Assembly: GCA_965660675.1 (NCBI GenBank) | Contig: CBFIAU010000011.1 | Span: 12,379-76,378, forward strand | Origin: Candidatus Puniceispirillales bacterium | Lineage (GTDB): Bacteria; Pseudomonadota; Alphaproteobacteria; Puniceispirillales; UBA1172 | Reading direction: 5' to 3' | Length of the DNA: 64,000 nucleotides | Part shown: in pieces, positions 28,897-38,616 of the stretch | Numbering within the stretch: the first letter of the stretch is position 1 | Layout of the letters: each line of letters opens with the position of its first letter | Notes under the pieces: model-generated | What the model saw: only the letters and a program-made list of their open reading frames with translations | Database searches by the model: none | What the model was told of the DNA's origin: nothing | Program-made: the position numbers and the translations under genes

Positions 28897-30662
28897 CCAG
28901 CTGGCTTGATCGGTAATTGCTTTCTGATATGTAGTTCGGTCAGCTGTTTATCATCAACCTCAGACGGCGCACCCATCATTAAGTCTTCGGCTTTACCGTT
29001 CATCGGGAACAAAATAATCTCACGAATATTTGGCTCATTCGCTATCAGCATGACAATGCGATCAATCCCGGGAGCAATGCCGCCATGCGGAGGCGCGCCA
29101 TAACGAAACGCATTGATCATGCCAGGGAATTTATTGTCAACAACCTCAGGCCCGTAGCCAGCAATCTCAAAAGCCCGATACATCACCTCAGGCAGATGAT
29201 TTCGAATAGCGCCAGAAGATAACTCAATGCCATTACAGACAAGGTCATATTGCCATGCCTTAATGTCAAGCGGGGCCATCGTGTTTAATGCCTCAAGCCC
29301 ACCTTGCGGCATGGAAAATGGATTATGTGAAAAGGCAATCTCGCCAGTGACACTATCTTTTTCAAACATTGGAAAGTCGACAATCCAGCAAAAATGATAG
29401 CCATCAGCAATCATTTGTTTTTCTTGGCCAATGCGAACGCGCGCTTTACCAGCCAGAGCAGCGGCATCATCGGCGGCGGCGCAAGCAAAGAATAACGCAT
29501 CACCATCCTTTAGTCCCATTTCATCACGCAAGGCAAAAGCGGCGTCATCACCAAGTGCTTTCGCCACCGGGCCACGAGCTTCGCCATCACCAAAAATAAT
29601 GTACCCCATGCCGGGTGCGCCTTCGCCTTGCGCCCAGCTATTCATCTTGTCAGCAAAGGCGCGGCTACCGCACCCAGGCCCCGGTATGGCACGGACAACA
29701 GAGCCATTAGCGACAGCCTTAGCAAAAATGCTAAATCCTGATGAGCGGAAATGTTCCGTCACATCAGCAATCTCAAGAGGGATCCGTAAATCAGGTTTAT
29801 CAGTGCCATATTTGAGCATGGATGAGGCAAAGCTGATGCGCGTGAATGGCGCGGTAATATCTTTATCCGTAAACTCATTAAAAACGCCAGCAATAACCGG
29901 TTCGACCGCAGCAAATACATCATCCTGTTCAACAAAGCTCATCTCAAGGTCAAGCTGATAGAACTCACCAGGGCTTCTATCGGCGCGGCTATCTTCGTCA
30001 CGGAAACACGGAGCGATTTGAAAATATCTGTCAAAGCCTGAAACCATGATCAGCTGTTTGAATTGCTGAGGGGCTTGCGGCAGCGCATAAAACTTGCCGG
30101 GGTGAAGCCGTGATGCAACCAGAAAGTCACGCGCACCCTCAGGTGATGATGCTGTTAGGATAGGCGTCTGAAACTCCGTAAATCCCTGATCAACCATGCG
30201 CTGACGAATAGATTGAATAATCTGCGCCCGTAGAATCATATTTTGATGTGGCCGCGCCCGGCGCAAATCCAGATACCGATAGCGCAGGCGCGTTTCTTCA
30301 CCAGCATCTTCGTCTGAGTTTACTTGAAGCGGCAGAACATCAGCATGGGATAAGACTTCAAATTGCTCAATCCGAACCTCTATCTGACCTGTTGGCAGGT
30401 TAGGATTGATGGTGTCAGCTTCGCGCTGAACGACCTTGCCTTTGATGCGAACAACCGATTCGACACGAGTGTCCTCGACTTGTGCAAAACTCGTATCAGA
30501 GCTATCCGCCACACATTGCGTAATGCCATAATGATCGCGCAGATCAACAAATAATAACTGGCCGTGATCACGCTTGCGGTTGATCCATCCAGACAGCATG
30601 ACCGTTGATCCAACATCAGCAGTGGTTAAGGCTTCACACGTATGGGTGCGGTAGGCGTTCAT
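28893..30662 (-). CDS. aspS: Aspartyl-tRNA synthetase
   Basis: 589 aa. [13 protein letters not shown]..., [16 protein letters not shown], class II motifs [13 protein letters not shown]. Confidence 0.96.
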   Translation of the reverse strand: MNAYRTHTCEALTTADVGSTVMLSGWINRKRDHGQLLFVDLRDHYGITQCVADSSDTSFAQVEDTRVESVVRIKGKVVQREADTINPNLPTGQIEVRIEQFEVLSHADVLPLQVNSDEDAGEETRLRYRYLDLRRARPHQNMILRAQIIQSIRQRMVDQGFTEFQTPILTASSPEGARDFLVASRLHPGKFYALPQAPQQFKQLIMVSGFDRYFQIAPCFRDEDSRADRSPGEFYQLDLEMSFVEQDDVFAAVEPVIAGVFNEFTDKDITAPFTRISFASSMLKYGTDKPDLRIPLEIADVTEHFRSSGFSIFAKAVANGSVVRAIPGPGCGSRAFADKMNSWAQGEGAPGMGYIIFGDGEARGPVAKALGDDAAFALRDEMGLKDGDALFFACAAADDAAALAGKARVRIGQEKQMIADGYHFCWIVDFPMFEKDSVTGEIAFSHNPFSMPQGGLEALNTMAPLDIKAWQYDLVCNGIELSSGAIRNHLPEVMYRAFEIAGYGPEVVDNKFPGMINAFRYGAPPHGGIAPGIDRIVMLIANEPNIREIILFPMNGKAEDLMMGAPSEVDDKQLTELHIRKQLPIKPAG

Positions 30663-30793
30663 CTCAAATCTCCGCTAGCGGCTGTTAGGCGTTACGCCCT
30701 TATCTATCGTGAGGAAGGCAAGTCATGCAAGTGATTTTGCATGAAAACATGGATTTGCCGCTTCACAGTGCCAATATGCCGGGGAAGATGCCT

Positions 30794-31810
30794 TTATTTG
30801 CGGCGGCGGCGGCGAGGGGCTTTATCGGCTGATGGTTGCTCAGGAACATGCTTCCAAGGCTTGCCTAGAACGGCTTCCAGTCTGGCTTCATCAACCGGGA
30901 TTGTACCGGCATCCACATCTCTCGGTTGATCAAGCGCCTGCCGCATGGCGTGAATATGTTCAGGGCTGGTGCCGCAACATCCACCAATAATCTGAACCCC
31001 CGCATCACGGGCGAGAACCGCATATTTAGCCATTAATTCCGGCGTCCCGTGATAATGTATTTTGCCTTCAATATATTCGGGAATACCGCAATTGCCTTTG
31101 GCAATTCGCATGACGCTATCGGCAGGCTGCATAGCCATCACCGAATGCATTAATTCAGCTGGGCCAATGCCGCAATTCGCGCCAACCGCAACAACGCCTT
31201 TCTTACTGATCTGCTCAGCAAATTTAGCTGGATCAACACCCATCATCGACTTTCCTGCCGTGTCAAAAGTCATGGTTGCGGCCACCGGCAAGCCTGTTTT
31301 ATGCGCCGCATCTAAGGCGGCATAAACCTCATCAAAAGATGATATTGTTTCAATCCAGAGCATATCAACACCGCCTTCGGCCAGCGCCTCAGCCTGTTCG
31401 GTAAACGCCGCGACCGCATCATCATGAGTCAACATGCCAAGCGGCGTAAACAGCTCACCCGTTGGCCCCATGGAACCTGCTACAACAATCTCACGGCCTG
31501 TCGCCGCATGATGCTGAGCCGCCGTCTGCCGCGCCAGTTTTGCAGCAGCGATATTCAATGCCCTGACCTGATCCTCAGCGTGATGCAATTTGAGCCGATA
31601 GCTGGTGCCGCCAAATGTATTTGTCAGAATGACATCCGATCCGGCCGATATAAATCGGTCATGCAAGCCGGCAACAAGCTCCGGCTTTTCAAGTGACCAT
31701 AATTCAGGGGGATATCCCGTTTCGAGACCGAGCTGAAAATAATTTGTACCGGTGGCGCCATCAGCCAAGACAAAGCCTTGCTTTTGCAAAATGCGCTCTA
31801 GAATAAACAT
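30794..31810 (-). CDS. Homocysteine S-methyltransferase family protein (BHMT/Bmt-like), with an Arg-rich C-terminal tail
   Basis: ADGATGTN, ILTNTFG, zinc ligands GANCGIGP and IIGGCCGTSPEHI. About 45 aa lie beyond the domain, ending KAPRRRRRK. Confidence 0.82.
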   Translation of the reverse strand: MFILERILQKQGFVLADGATGTNYFQLGLETGYPPELWSLEKPELVAGLHDRFISAGSDVILTNTFGGTSYRLKLHHAEDQVRALNIAAAKLARQTAAQHHAATGREIVVAGSMGPTGELFTPLGMLTHDDAVAAFTEQAEALAEGGVDMLWIETISSFDEVYAALDAAHKTGLPVAATMTFDTAGKSMMGVDPAKFAEQISKKGVVAVGANCGIGPAELMHSVMAMQPADSVMRIAKGNCGIPEYIEGKIHYHGTPELMAKYAVLARDAGVQIIGGCCGTSPEHIHAMRQALDQPRDVDAGTIPVDEARLEAVLGKPWKHVPEQPSADKAPRRRRRK

Positions 31811-31831
31811 GCCTATTCCCCTTATTTAGAT

Positions 31832-32047
31832 TTAGGCACGGCTCCGTCGTCGTGATCGGCGACTTCTGCCTGTTGCTTCAGATTGGCGGTCATGTAATGT
31901 GTGAATAAGGTCTCTTTGCTCATCCCATGTCAGACTGCGCCAAGACGCGATTTCTGCCCGTGAGCGATAACACCCAACACATAATCCACTGGCAGGATCA
32001 ATTTGGCAAATACTAATACACGGAGAAGGTAATTGTTCCGTTTTCAT
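31832..32047 (-). CDS. DUF1289 family protein (Cys-rich, YdhL-like)
   Basis: SPCISICQIDPASGLCVGCYRSRAEIASW signature. Arg-rich tail GRSRRSRRRSRA. Confidence 0.8.
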   Translation of the reverse strand: MKTEQLPSPCISICQIDPASGLCVGCYRSRAEIASWRSLTWDEQRDLIHTLHDRQSEATGRSRRSRRRSRA

Positions 32048-32118
32048 GCCACACCCAATCCCTGTTAGGAGCGTTATAGATTAATATTCAGTCGCAATTG
32101 GTAGATTTAGCCAAGACG

Positions 32119-32637
32119 TTAAGCTGCATCTACCGCATCAACAGCATTTGATACGGCAAGCGCAAGATTGTCAATCATTTCTGGAATAGGGGCAGATCGA
32201 CCTGCTACCACAACATGATCATCACGGCAGACATGCGCATCATGATCAGGCGCGATATCACCAACCAGATTAAGCGAGGATGCTAACTCAACACCGCCAC
32301 CTATCAGCAAAGACGGAGCTTTCTCACGCAGGAAGGCAGAAACAATGCGCTTGGCATGGCTATCCGATAATAGCGCTTTAATGTGCTGATCACCGTCAGG
32401 GATAATCATGATATCATAATCAACAGCTACAGTTTCCCGCCATACACCGTCAACCGGATAAGACAAACCCCATTGCTTACCTGCCCAGCCATTAATCAAT
32501 CCATTTTCTTTTGAAACCATCTTTGCCTTAACGCCTGCTTCATTAAGCTGTTTTTGAAGATTAATCAAAATGCTCTCATCAAAACCATGTGTAACAAGTA
32601 TAGCGGCAGTTTTTCCTGCCAACGCCGAAAGCGACAT
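32119..32637 (-). CDS. DJ-1/PfpI-like (class I glutamine amidotransferase-like fold) protein that appears to lack the nucleophile Cys
   Basis: KTAAILVTHGFDESILINLQKQLNEAGVK...DYDIMIIPDG...APSLLIGGGVEL. Gly occupies the position where the family has AICxG. Confidence 0.45.
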   Translation of the reverse strand: MSLSALAGKTAAILVTHGFDESILINLQKQLNEAGVKAKMVSKENGLINGWAGKQWGLSYPVDGVWRETVAVDYDIMIIPDGDQHIKALLSDSHAKRIVSAFLREKAPSLLIGGGVELASSLNLVGDIAPDHDAHVCRDDHVVVAGRSAPIPEMIDNLALAVSNAVDAVDAA

Positions 32638-32868
32638 ACCATATCTCCATCAAATAATTGTAGCCCGGAGAGGAGAACTCACCTCAATCCTTCGGCTATC
32701 TGTGATAACATCTCTGATATAGGCTAGGCGATCCAAAATATCAATAGCCTGATCTTATGTTTGGGTTTTTAAATGATGATGCTGGCGGAGGAAAACTCAT
32801 GCTTTATGCGTTGAAAAATTATGCCAGAGGATCAAGACTAAAAGAAAAAAGTAAATTAGATAATACTA

Positions 32869-33672
32869 ATGCAACCGACCAACTTATATCCGGCAAGGCG
32901 GGTTTTTGAGTTTATCCTTGTAGTATTTTTACTCCTGTTGGTTGGCTGCGGGGGCGGAAACGGGACTCCTTTTTCCGCCCCACCTCCACCAGATGTGAGT
33001 ATAGCTAATGTGACCCAGGCAAGTCAGCTTCAAGTTGATAATTTATTCGCCAAACTTAACGGCGATGGTGACCGCTGGGTCGCCATTATGGAAACCGACA
33101 GCCTCAAAATAAAACTGGATGGCGTAACCGATGATAGCGCGATTGGCGCGATTTTGCGAAAATTGCCTCCTATTTCCGAATACGCCACGGAGAGCATTAC
33201 TAATCAATATTCGCGTTTTGGTTCTGTTTATTCGCATCTTACAAGTCAAGCTGATTTCCCTACCCGGCTTGTTGTCTGGGGGCATCAGGCAGCGTCCTTG
33301 CCCGATCATGATATTTCGTATGAGATGACGTCTCAATGGAACTGTGTGGCGTGTGATGGCGCCTTTGATACGCGCATAGGCAAGGCGACAGGCACCTTAA
33401 ATCTGATCCTGGATAGCCAAGAGGCGACGCTCAATTTGGCTGGAGATGGATTGGCTTTATATGCCCCATTGCTGATAAATAATCATGTAGCGTTTCGCCC
33501 GAACGGAGACATGCAACTAATGCTTGATGATGTTAACCAGCAGCTAGACAGACAATTTGTTTCCGGCACTTTGTTTGGAGCCGATGCCAGCGAGGCTGGC
33601 TTGATGATCGGGCTGGAAACCGACCAAGGTGCTTTATTTAGTATTATGGCTCTGGGGTCTGAGAGTGATTAA
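32869..33672 (+). CDS. Lipoprotein with a C-terminal TbpB/fHbp-like beta-barrel signature
   Basis: Lipobox LLLVGC followed by GGGNG. C-terminal ...GKATGTLNLILDSQEATLNLAG...FVSGTLFGADASEAGLMIGLETDQGALFSIMALG resembles the G-x-F(F/Y)G-x2-A-x-E-x-G barrel ending of the transferrin-binding-protein-like family. Confidence 0.5.
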   Translation: MQPTNLYPARRVFEFILVVFLLLLVGCGGGNGTPFSAPPPPDVSIANVTQASQLQVDNLFAKLNGDGDRWVAIMETDSLKIKLDGVTDDSAIGAILRKLPPISEYATESITNQYSRFGSVYSHLTSQADFPTRLVVWGHQAASLPDHDISYEMTSQWNCVACDGAFDTRIGKATGTLNLILDSQEATLNLAGDGLALYAPLLINNHVAFRPNGDMQLMLDDVNQQLDRQFVSGTLFGADASEAGLMIGLETDQGALFSIMALGSESD

Positions 33673-33715
33673 CCTGCCTTTCCTTAATTCTCACATTTAT
33701 AATAAAGGGGCGTGC

Positions 33716-35113
33716 TTATATCCCCAGTGAGCCATAGCTCAAGACCACCCGCTGAATGGCAATTTTCATGGCTGCCATACGCATATCTATGACGTCAGAA
33801 TTGGTATTCCATTCCCTGCTAATATCTTCATAGGCTTTTCGCATTGTGTCTTCTAATCCTGAGCGCACGAGGGTCAGTTCGGTTGATCCACTAAGAGCTT
33901 GCTCACGATAGCTATCAGGGAATGGTTTGCCGGTTAGCATTTCAACGCCATTAATGATAGCACTAAAATGGTCATGGTTTTCTCGCCTTTGCATGCGGCC
34001 AAATCTGATATGACTTAAGTTTTTAATCCACTCAAAATAACTCACGGTCACGCCACCCGCATTGGCGTAAAGATCGGGGATAATCACAACACCCTTTTGA
34101 TTAAGGATAGCATCAGCCTCTGCCGAGATTGGCCCGTTAGCCGCCTCAATAATCAATGGCGTTTTAATCTGGCTTGCATTGTCTTTTGTAATCACCAATT
34201 CCAGCGCCGCCGGTATCAAGATATCAGCATCTTCTTCGAGCATCTCAAGCCCGCTTTTAACATAGCCTTCATAGCCTTCAGCACTGCCATGTTCATTCTG
34301 ATAATCTTTGAGCGCACGAATATCGATCCCATCAGGATTAACGACACAGCCGCCACGTTCCAGAACATGAGTTATGATGGCGCCGTCTTCTTCGGACAAA
34401 AATAAGGCCGCGTGATAGCCAACATTGCCTAAGCCCTGAACAATGATACGCTTATTTTTAAGCCCCGGTGCCAGACCAGTTTTCTCGACATCACCCGGAT
34501 GATCAAAAAACGCTCGCAGCGCATATTGGACACCGCGACCTGTCGCCTCAACACGGCCTTGAATCCCGCCCTTGCCGACAGGCTTGCCAGTCACACATGC
34601 CCAGGCATTAATCTCAATCGTATTAAGCCGTCGATATTCATCTGCCATCCACGCCATTTCACGTTCACCAGTTCCCATATCGGGGGCTGGAACATTCTGG
34701 GACGGGCTAATCAGACCACGTTTTGCAAGCTCTTGGGTAAAGCGGCGGGTGATGCGTTCAAGTTCTTGTTCAGTCCAGTCACGCGGATTGATATAAAGCC
34801 CACCTTTCGAGCCACCAAACGGCACCTCAACCAAGGCACATTTGAATGTCATCAACATGGCCAGAGCTTCGACTTCTTCCAAAGATACATTAAGGCTGTA
34901 TCTAATGCCGCCTTTTACCGGTTCAAAATGTTCACTATGGACAGATCGATAGCCCGTAAAGCTATGCACGGCGCCGCGCAACCTAACCCCAAAGCGAACA
35001 ATATAAGACGAATTGGTTACTTTAATTTTTTCGGCCAAGCCCGGTGCCATAGGGACAAGGTTAGCGGCTCGATCATAAACGTCTTCTACTGACTTAAGAA
35101 AAACATTGCTCAT
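33716..35113 (-). CDS. Glu/Leu/Phe/Val dehydrogenase family (probable glutamate dehydrogenase)
   Basis: 465 aa. VKGGIRYS, VPFGGSKGG catalytic Lys motif, Rossmann QGLGNVG. Confidence 0.85.
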   Translation of the reverse strand: MSNVFLKSVEDVYDRAANLVPMAPGLAEKIKVTNSSYIVRFGVRLRGAVHSFTGYRSVHSEHFEPVKGGIRYSLNVSLEEVEALAMLMTFKCALVEVPFGGSKGGLYINPRDWTEQELERITRRFTQELAKRGLISPSQNVPAPDMGTGEREMAWMADEYRRLNTIEINAWACVTGKPVGKGGIQGRVEATGRGVQYALRAFFDHPGDVEKTGLAPGLKNKRIIVQGLGNVGYHAALFLSEEDGAIITHVLERGGCVVNPDGIDIRALKDYQNEHGSAEGYEGYVKSGLEMLEEDADILIPAALELVITKDNASQIKTPLIIEAANGPISAEADAILNQKGVVIIPDLYANAGGVTVSYFEWIKNLSHIRFGRMQRRENHDHFSAIINGVEMLTGKPFPDSYREQALSGSTELTLVRSGLEDTMRKAYEDISREWNTNSDVIDMRMAAMKIAIQRVVLSYGSLGI

Positions 35114-35233
35114 CTCATGCTCCTTACCTTTTTATTTTCTGTTTTATATTTAACCATAACATAGATTACCCATTGTCTAATGAAAAAATGAGAGTAAGGT
35201 AAAAATATTAAAGGCTAAAAGAAGCATTTCACA

Positions 35234-36427
35234 ATGGCGTTTCGCGCACCCATCCGAATCGCTTCAGGCGGTAGCCCCAGCGGTAACACGCTTGGGATAA
35301 TTTACGGCATAAACAGCGCTTCTATGGCTGTTCTCGGATCATTGATATCGTTAGTTGGGCTTAACGTGCTTAATGATAATACGGTTGCTTTATCTTTTGC
35401 ACTGTTTCTATCGGCGCTAATCTCACTGCCTGTTGTCCTTTATACCGGAAGCCTGATTAATCTACTGACGCGAAAATATGTATTCACGATTGGCGTCTTC
35501 ATTGCCATTTTCAGCAATCTCTTATTCATGTTTGATCTGTCGATCACTTTTGTTCTGGCCAATGCTTGCCGGATGGCAGGGGCGGGGTTGATGATGATGT
35601 GTATCTCCCTTTATACGATGGACTTCATTCCCCGAAAACAACTGGCCAGCGCTGAAAGCCGAAAGTTTGTCTTTGCTGGAATATCATGGTTAATCTTTCC
35701 CTTTGTCGGCACATGGATGTGGGTCAATGTTGATCACCACACGCCATTTTTCCTATCCACCGGGCTGGTGTCTTTTTTAATTATGATCTTCTGGTGGCTG
35801 AGGATTTCGGAGGCAAAAAATATTAAGCCGCCAAAATCTGGTAATTTGCATTTTATCAAAAACGTCAGGGCATATTTTGGCAATCCGCATATGCGCGTAG
35901 CCTATTTGATCGCGGTGGCACGGTCATCATCATGGGTCGTCTTCTTTACCTATGGCCCGATTTATTTGCGTGATGCAGGGGTCTCAACACAATGGATCGG
36001 ATTATTTATGGGGGCGATCATGGCGGTGCTTATATTTTCCAGTCGGTTTGCCGCCTTTGCCCAATATTTCGGCATCCGCAAGACCATATTATTTAGCTTT
36101 TTAATGGCCGGGATTAGCATGATCGCACTCGGTTTATTACCTGAGCCGACGATATGGGGGTTATTGTTATTACTCCTGGCCTCATTAGGCTTTGATATGC
36201 TGGATATTATCGGCAACCTGCCCTTTATGCGGATGGTGACACCAAAGGTTCGGGTTGAAATGACCAGTGTCTTTTCGACATGGCGAGAAATGTCTTTTGT
36301 GGTCACGCCAGGCGTATCAGCGTTAATTTTGATGGTCACCGATATCAGCGGCTTGTTTTTAGTCCTCGGAAGTGTCCTGGTATTTGCCGGTTTTTTAAGC
36401 CGTACTATGCCTATTCGGGTGGATTAA
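35234..36427 (+). CDS. MFS-type transporter (about 12 TM segments)
   Basis: Hydrophobic periodicity throughout. No substrate-specific motif recognised. Confidence 0.6.
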   Translation: MAFRAPIRIASGGSPSGNTLGIIYGINSASMAVLGSLISLVGLNVLNDNTVALSFALFLSALISLPVVLYTGSLINLLTRKYVFTIGVFIAIFSNLLFMFDLSITFVLANACRMAGAGLMMMCISLYTMDFIPRKQLASAESRKFVFAGISWLIFPFVGTWMWVNVDHHTPFFLSTGLVSFLIMIFWWLRISEAKNIKPPKSGNLHFIKNVRAYFGNPHMRVAYLIAVARSSSWVVFFTYGPIYLRDAGVSTQWIGLFMGAIMAVLIFSSRFAAFAQYFGIRKTILFSFLMAGISMIALGLLPEPTIWGLLLLLLASLGFDMLDIIGNLPFMRMVTPKVRVEMTSVFSTWREMSFVVTPGVSALILMVTDISGLFLVLGSVLVFAGFLSRTMPIRVD

Positions 36428-36439
36428 CTGCAGGCAAAT

Positions 36440-37381
36440 TTAACCTTGGGCAGTTTTAGCATCTGTCATGGTATCGGTTCGGGCGCCAGCCAGGGTGGCA
36501 ATAATGCCGGCAACGACAATCAAAATGATGCCGTAAATGTCACGCATCCACAGATGTTGTTCCAAAAATATCCAAGCCGCTAATCCGGCAAAGATCAGGA
36601 AAGAATATTCATAGACATTGATATAAGTAGGATCACCGATCTGATAGGCGCGTGTCATAAACCACATGGCAACAGTCGAAAACATAGCCTGTAAAAGGAT
36701 TATCCCAAACACAGACCACGTTAACACGCCCCAACCTGTCGTGATAAACGCTGTCATCTGGCCAACAGGTTCAACGGGATAAATAGAAAAGAAAAGTGAA
36801 GTGATAGCCCCACAAACACCTAAAAAGAAAAATCCTATTCCTGACAATAAAATTGGACTTTCCCTGTAACAATAGCGTTTTGTAATCATATTGCTCAACG
36901 CCAGCAAAGCGCCGCCACAAATCGGCATAGTATTCATCCATGAAAACCCGGTGCCATTGGGATCAAGAATAATCAGCACGCCAAGCGAGCCTATGACGAC
37001 AGCGCTGATCCGCCGCCAGCCAATATGCTGACCAAAAAGCAGTCGTGAGAAAATAAGGACAAAGATCGGACATGTGAAAAGCCCAGCACCGGTTACTGCC
37101 ATCGGCAAAAAAGACAAGGATGAAAAATAAATCAGCATGGCTGCCGAGAAACATAGATTGCGAATAATGATCGCCCACGGCCGATAGATCGTCCAATTGG
37201 TGCCCACTACCCAGCCGATAACAAGGATCAGCGGGATGGCAAGAAGGCTTCGCAGAAAATGAAACTGGCCAACGCCGACATCATCTTCGAGGACAACCAC
37301 AAGCGTATCATTAGGGCCAATGATAAACATGGCAAAGAGAATATATAAGCCGCCCCAAATCTCGCCTGACCATGATTTCAT
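36440..37381 (-). CDS. DMT superfamily (EamA-like) transporter
   Basis: About 10 TM segments in a duplicated EamA-like arrangement. 3-nt gap to the upstream CoA-transferase gene. Confidence 0.7.
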   Translation of the reverse strand: MKSWSGEIWGGLYILFAMFIIGPNDTLVVVLEDDVGVGQFHFLRSLLAIPLILVIGWVVGTNWTIYRPWAIIIRNLCFSAAMLIYFSSLSFLPMAVTGAGLFTCPIFVLIFSRLLFGQHIGWRRISAVVIGSLGVLIILDPNGTGFSWMNTMPICGGALLALSNMITKRYCYRESPILLSGIGFFFLGVCGAITSLFFSIYPVEPVGQMTAFITTGWGVLTWSVFGIILLQAMFSTVAMWFMTRAYQIGDPTYINVYEYSFLIFAGLAAWIFLEQHLWMRDIYGIILIVVAGIIATLAGARTDTMTDAKTAQG

Positions 37382-37384
37382 GTG

Positions 37385-38515
37385 CTACCCCTGACCAAAT
37401 TCATGACGCACCATATCGGTATGTTGACCCAGATCAGGCACATCAGTAGCAGCAAGGGTGTCGCCGTTTATGAGCGCCCCCGGCGTCATGATATCCATCT
37501 CACCAGCTGATGTGCGGATAGTCATTAGCCTGATTTGCGGATGCTTTGTCAGGTCTTCCATTGTGTTGAGGCGTCCAAAAGCGATATCCGCACCTGTCAT
37601 TATCTCCGCCATCTCATCACGGCTATGTTTTGCAAAAACGCTATTGATCCGATCATCGAGCGCTTGGCGATTGGCAACGCGGTTAGTGTTGCCCATAAAT
37701 TGATCCTCGCTAGCCATGTCACTATTGCCAAGAACCTCAGCGCAGAAGCGCGCCCATTCGCGCTCATTTTGAATAGAAAATAAAATCATGCCGCCATCAC
37801 CACAGCTATAAACCCCATAAGGCGCAATCGTTGGATGATGTAAACCTGGCCGTTTGATATCGCGGCCACCATGCTTGTATTGGATATAAGGGACGTTCAT
37901 CCAGTCGGCAAGGGCATGAAACAATGAGACTTCGATATGTCTGCCTTCGCCTGTTTTCGCACGCCCAATTAAGGCCTGAAGAATGGCTTGAAATGCCGTC
38001 ATGCCAGCGCCAATATCACAGACGGAGACACCAACCCGACCTGCTGCTTCTGCTGATCCCGTCAAATTAGCTAGCCCAACCTCAGCCTGCACCAACAAAT
38101 CATAGGCTTTCATCTGGCTGAATGGCCCGGTTTCGCCATAGCCGCTAATCGAGCATGTGATGAGGGACGGAAATTGCGCCCGTAATGTTTCCATATCTAG
38201 CCCTAACCGCGAGACTGCCCCCGGCATCAAGTTTTGAATAAAAATATCGGCCTGACTAAGCATTGCTTTAACCAATGCCAAATCATGCGCGTCTTTAAGG
38301 TTAAGCGCAACCGATTCTTTGCCGCGATTAAGCCACACAAAATAGGAACTCGACCCTTTGGCATCTTTATCATAGCCGCGGCCAAAATCACCTTCTGGAC
38401 GCTCAATTTTGATTACTCTGGCACCAGCATCAGCAAGTTTTCCTGATGCATAGGGCGCAGCAACCGCTTGCTCTATCGTTACAACTGTAATCCCACTCAA
38501 GTCACTGGCTGTCAT
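37385..38515 (-). CDS. Family III CoA-transferase (CaiB/BaiF)
   Basis: Trimmed to ATG 38515 (GAAAGGG RBS). ITVVTIEQAVAAPYASGKLADAGARVIKIERPEGD. Confidence 0.85.
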   Translation of the reverse strand: MTASDLSGITVVTIEQAVAAPYASGKLADAGARVIKIERPEGDFGRGYDKDAKGSSSYFVWLNRGKESVALNLKDAHDLALVKAMLSQADIFIQNLMPGAVSRLGLDMETLRAQFPSLITCSISGYGETGPFSQMKAYDLLVQAEVGLANLTGSAEAAGRVGVSVCDIGAGMTAFQAILQALIGRAKTGEGRHIEVSLFHALADWMNVPYIQYKHGGRDIKRPGLHHPTIAPYGVYSCGDGGMILFSIQNEREWARFCAEVLGNSDMASEDQFMGNTNRVANRQALDDRINSVFAKHSRDEMAEIMTGADIAFGRLNTMEDLTKHPQIRLMTIRTSAGEMDIMTPGALINGDTLAATDVPDLGQHTDMVRHEFGQG

Positions 38516-38616
38516 CTTAACCCTTTCTGCCACAAAACTAATCGCAAAACATCCTATCTTATGCTGTGAGAGATAGCCAATATTTATAAAAACGGCTGTG
38601 TCAGCGAAAATGGAAG

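Noticed and set aside
30723-30744. The hairpin TCATGCAA-N6-TTGCATGA between aspS and the methyltransferase gene as a rho-independent terminator.
   Set aside because: There is no U-run on either strand after the stem, and the stem is AT-rich. It could equally be promoter-region symmetry for aspS. The evidence is insufficient.
32664-32702. An extended hairpin (TAGCCCGGAGAGG...CCTC...CCTTCGGCTA) in the 5' leader of the DJ-1-like gene as a riboswitch, for example a SAM-type element ahead of the methionine-related operon.
   Set aside because: It is only a single imperfect stem-loop of about 38 nt. It has no resemblance to the SAM-II/SAM-V pseudoknot consensus that I could recognise, and no downstream terminator or RBS-sequestering partner.
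34499-35092. Long antisense ORFs opposite strong genes: 197 aa opposite gdh; also 29431-29958 opposite aspS, 25983-26459 and 26167-26592 opposite groEL, 2901-3500 opposite argJ, 24316-24618 and 25048-25428 opposite the helicase gene.
   Set aside because: Each lies entirely within a gene that has clear family motifs on the other strand. Their translations are low-complexity (Arg/Ser/Ala-rich) with no motifs. These are typical shadow ORFs.
38545-38580. CTATCT-N11-AGATAG followed on the minus strand by GATGTTTTG as the ttuC-like gene's terminator.
   Set aside because: The stem is weak, 6 bp and AT-rich, with a large loop. The downstream CoA-transferase gene appears to belong to the same operon. 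The call would be too speculative.
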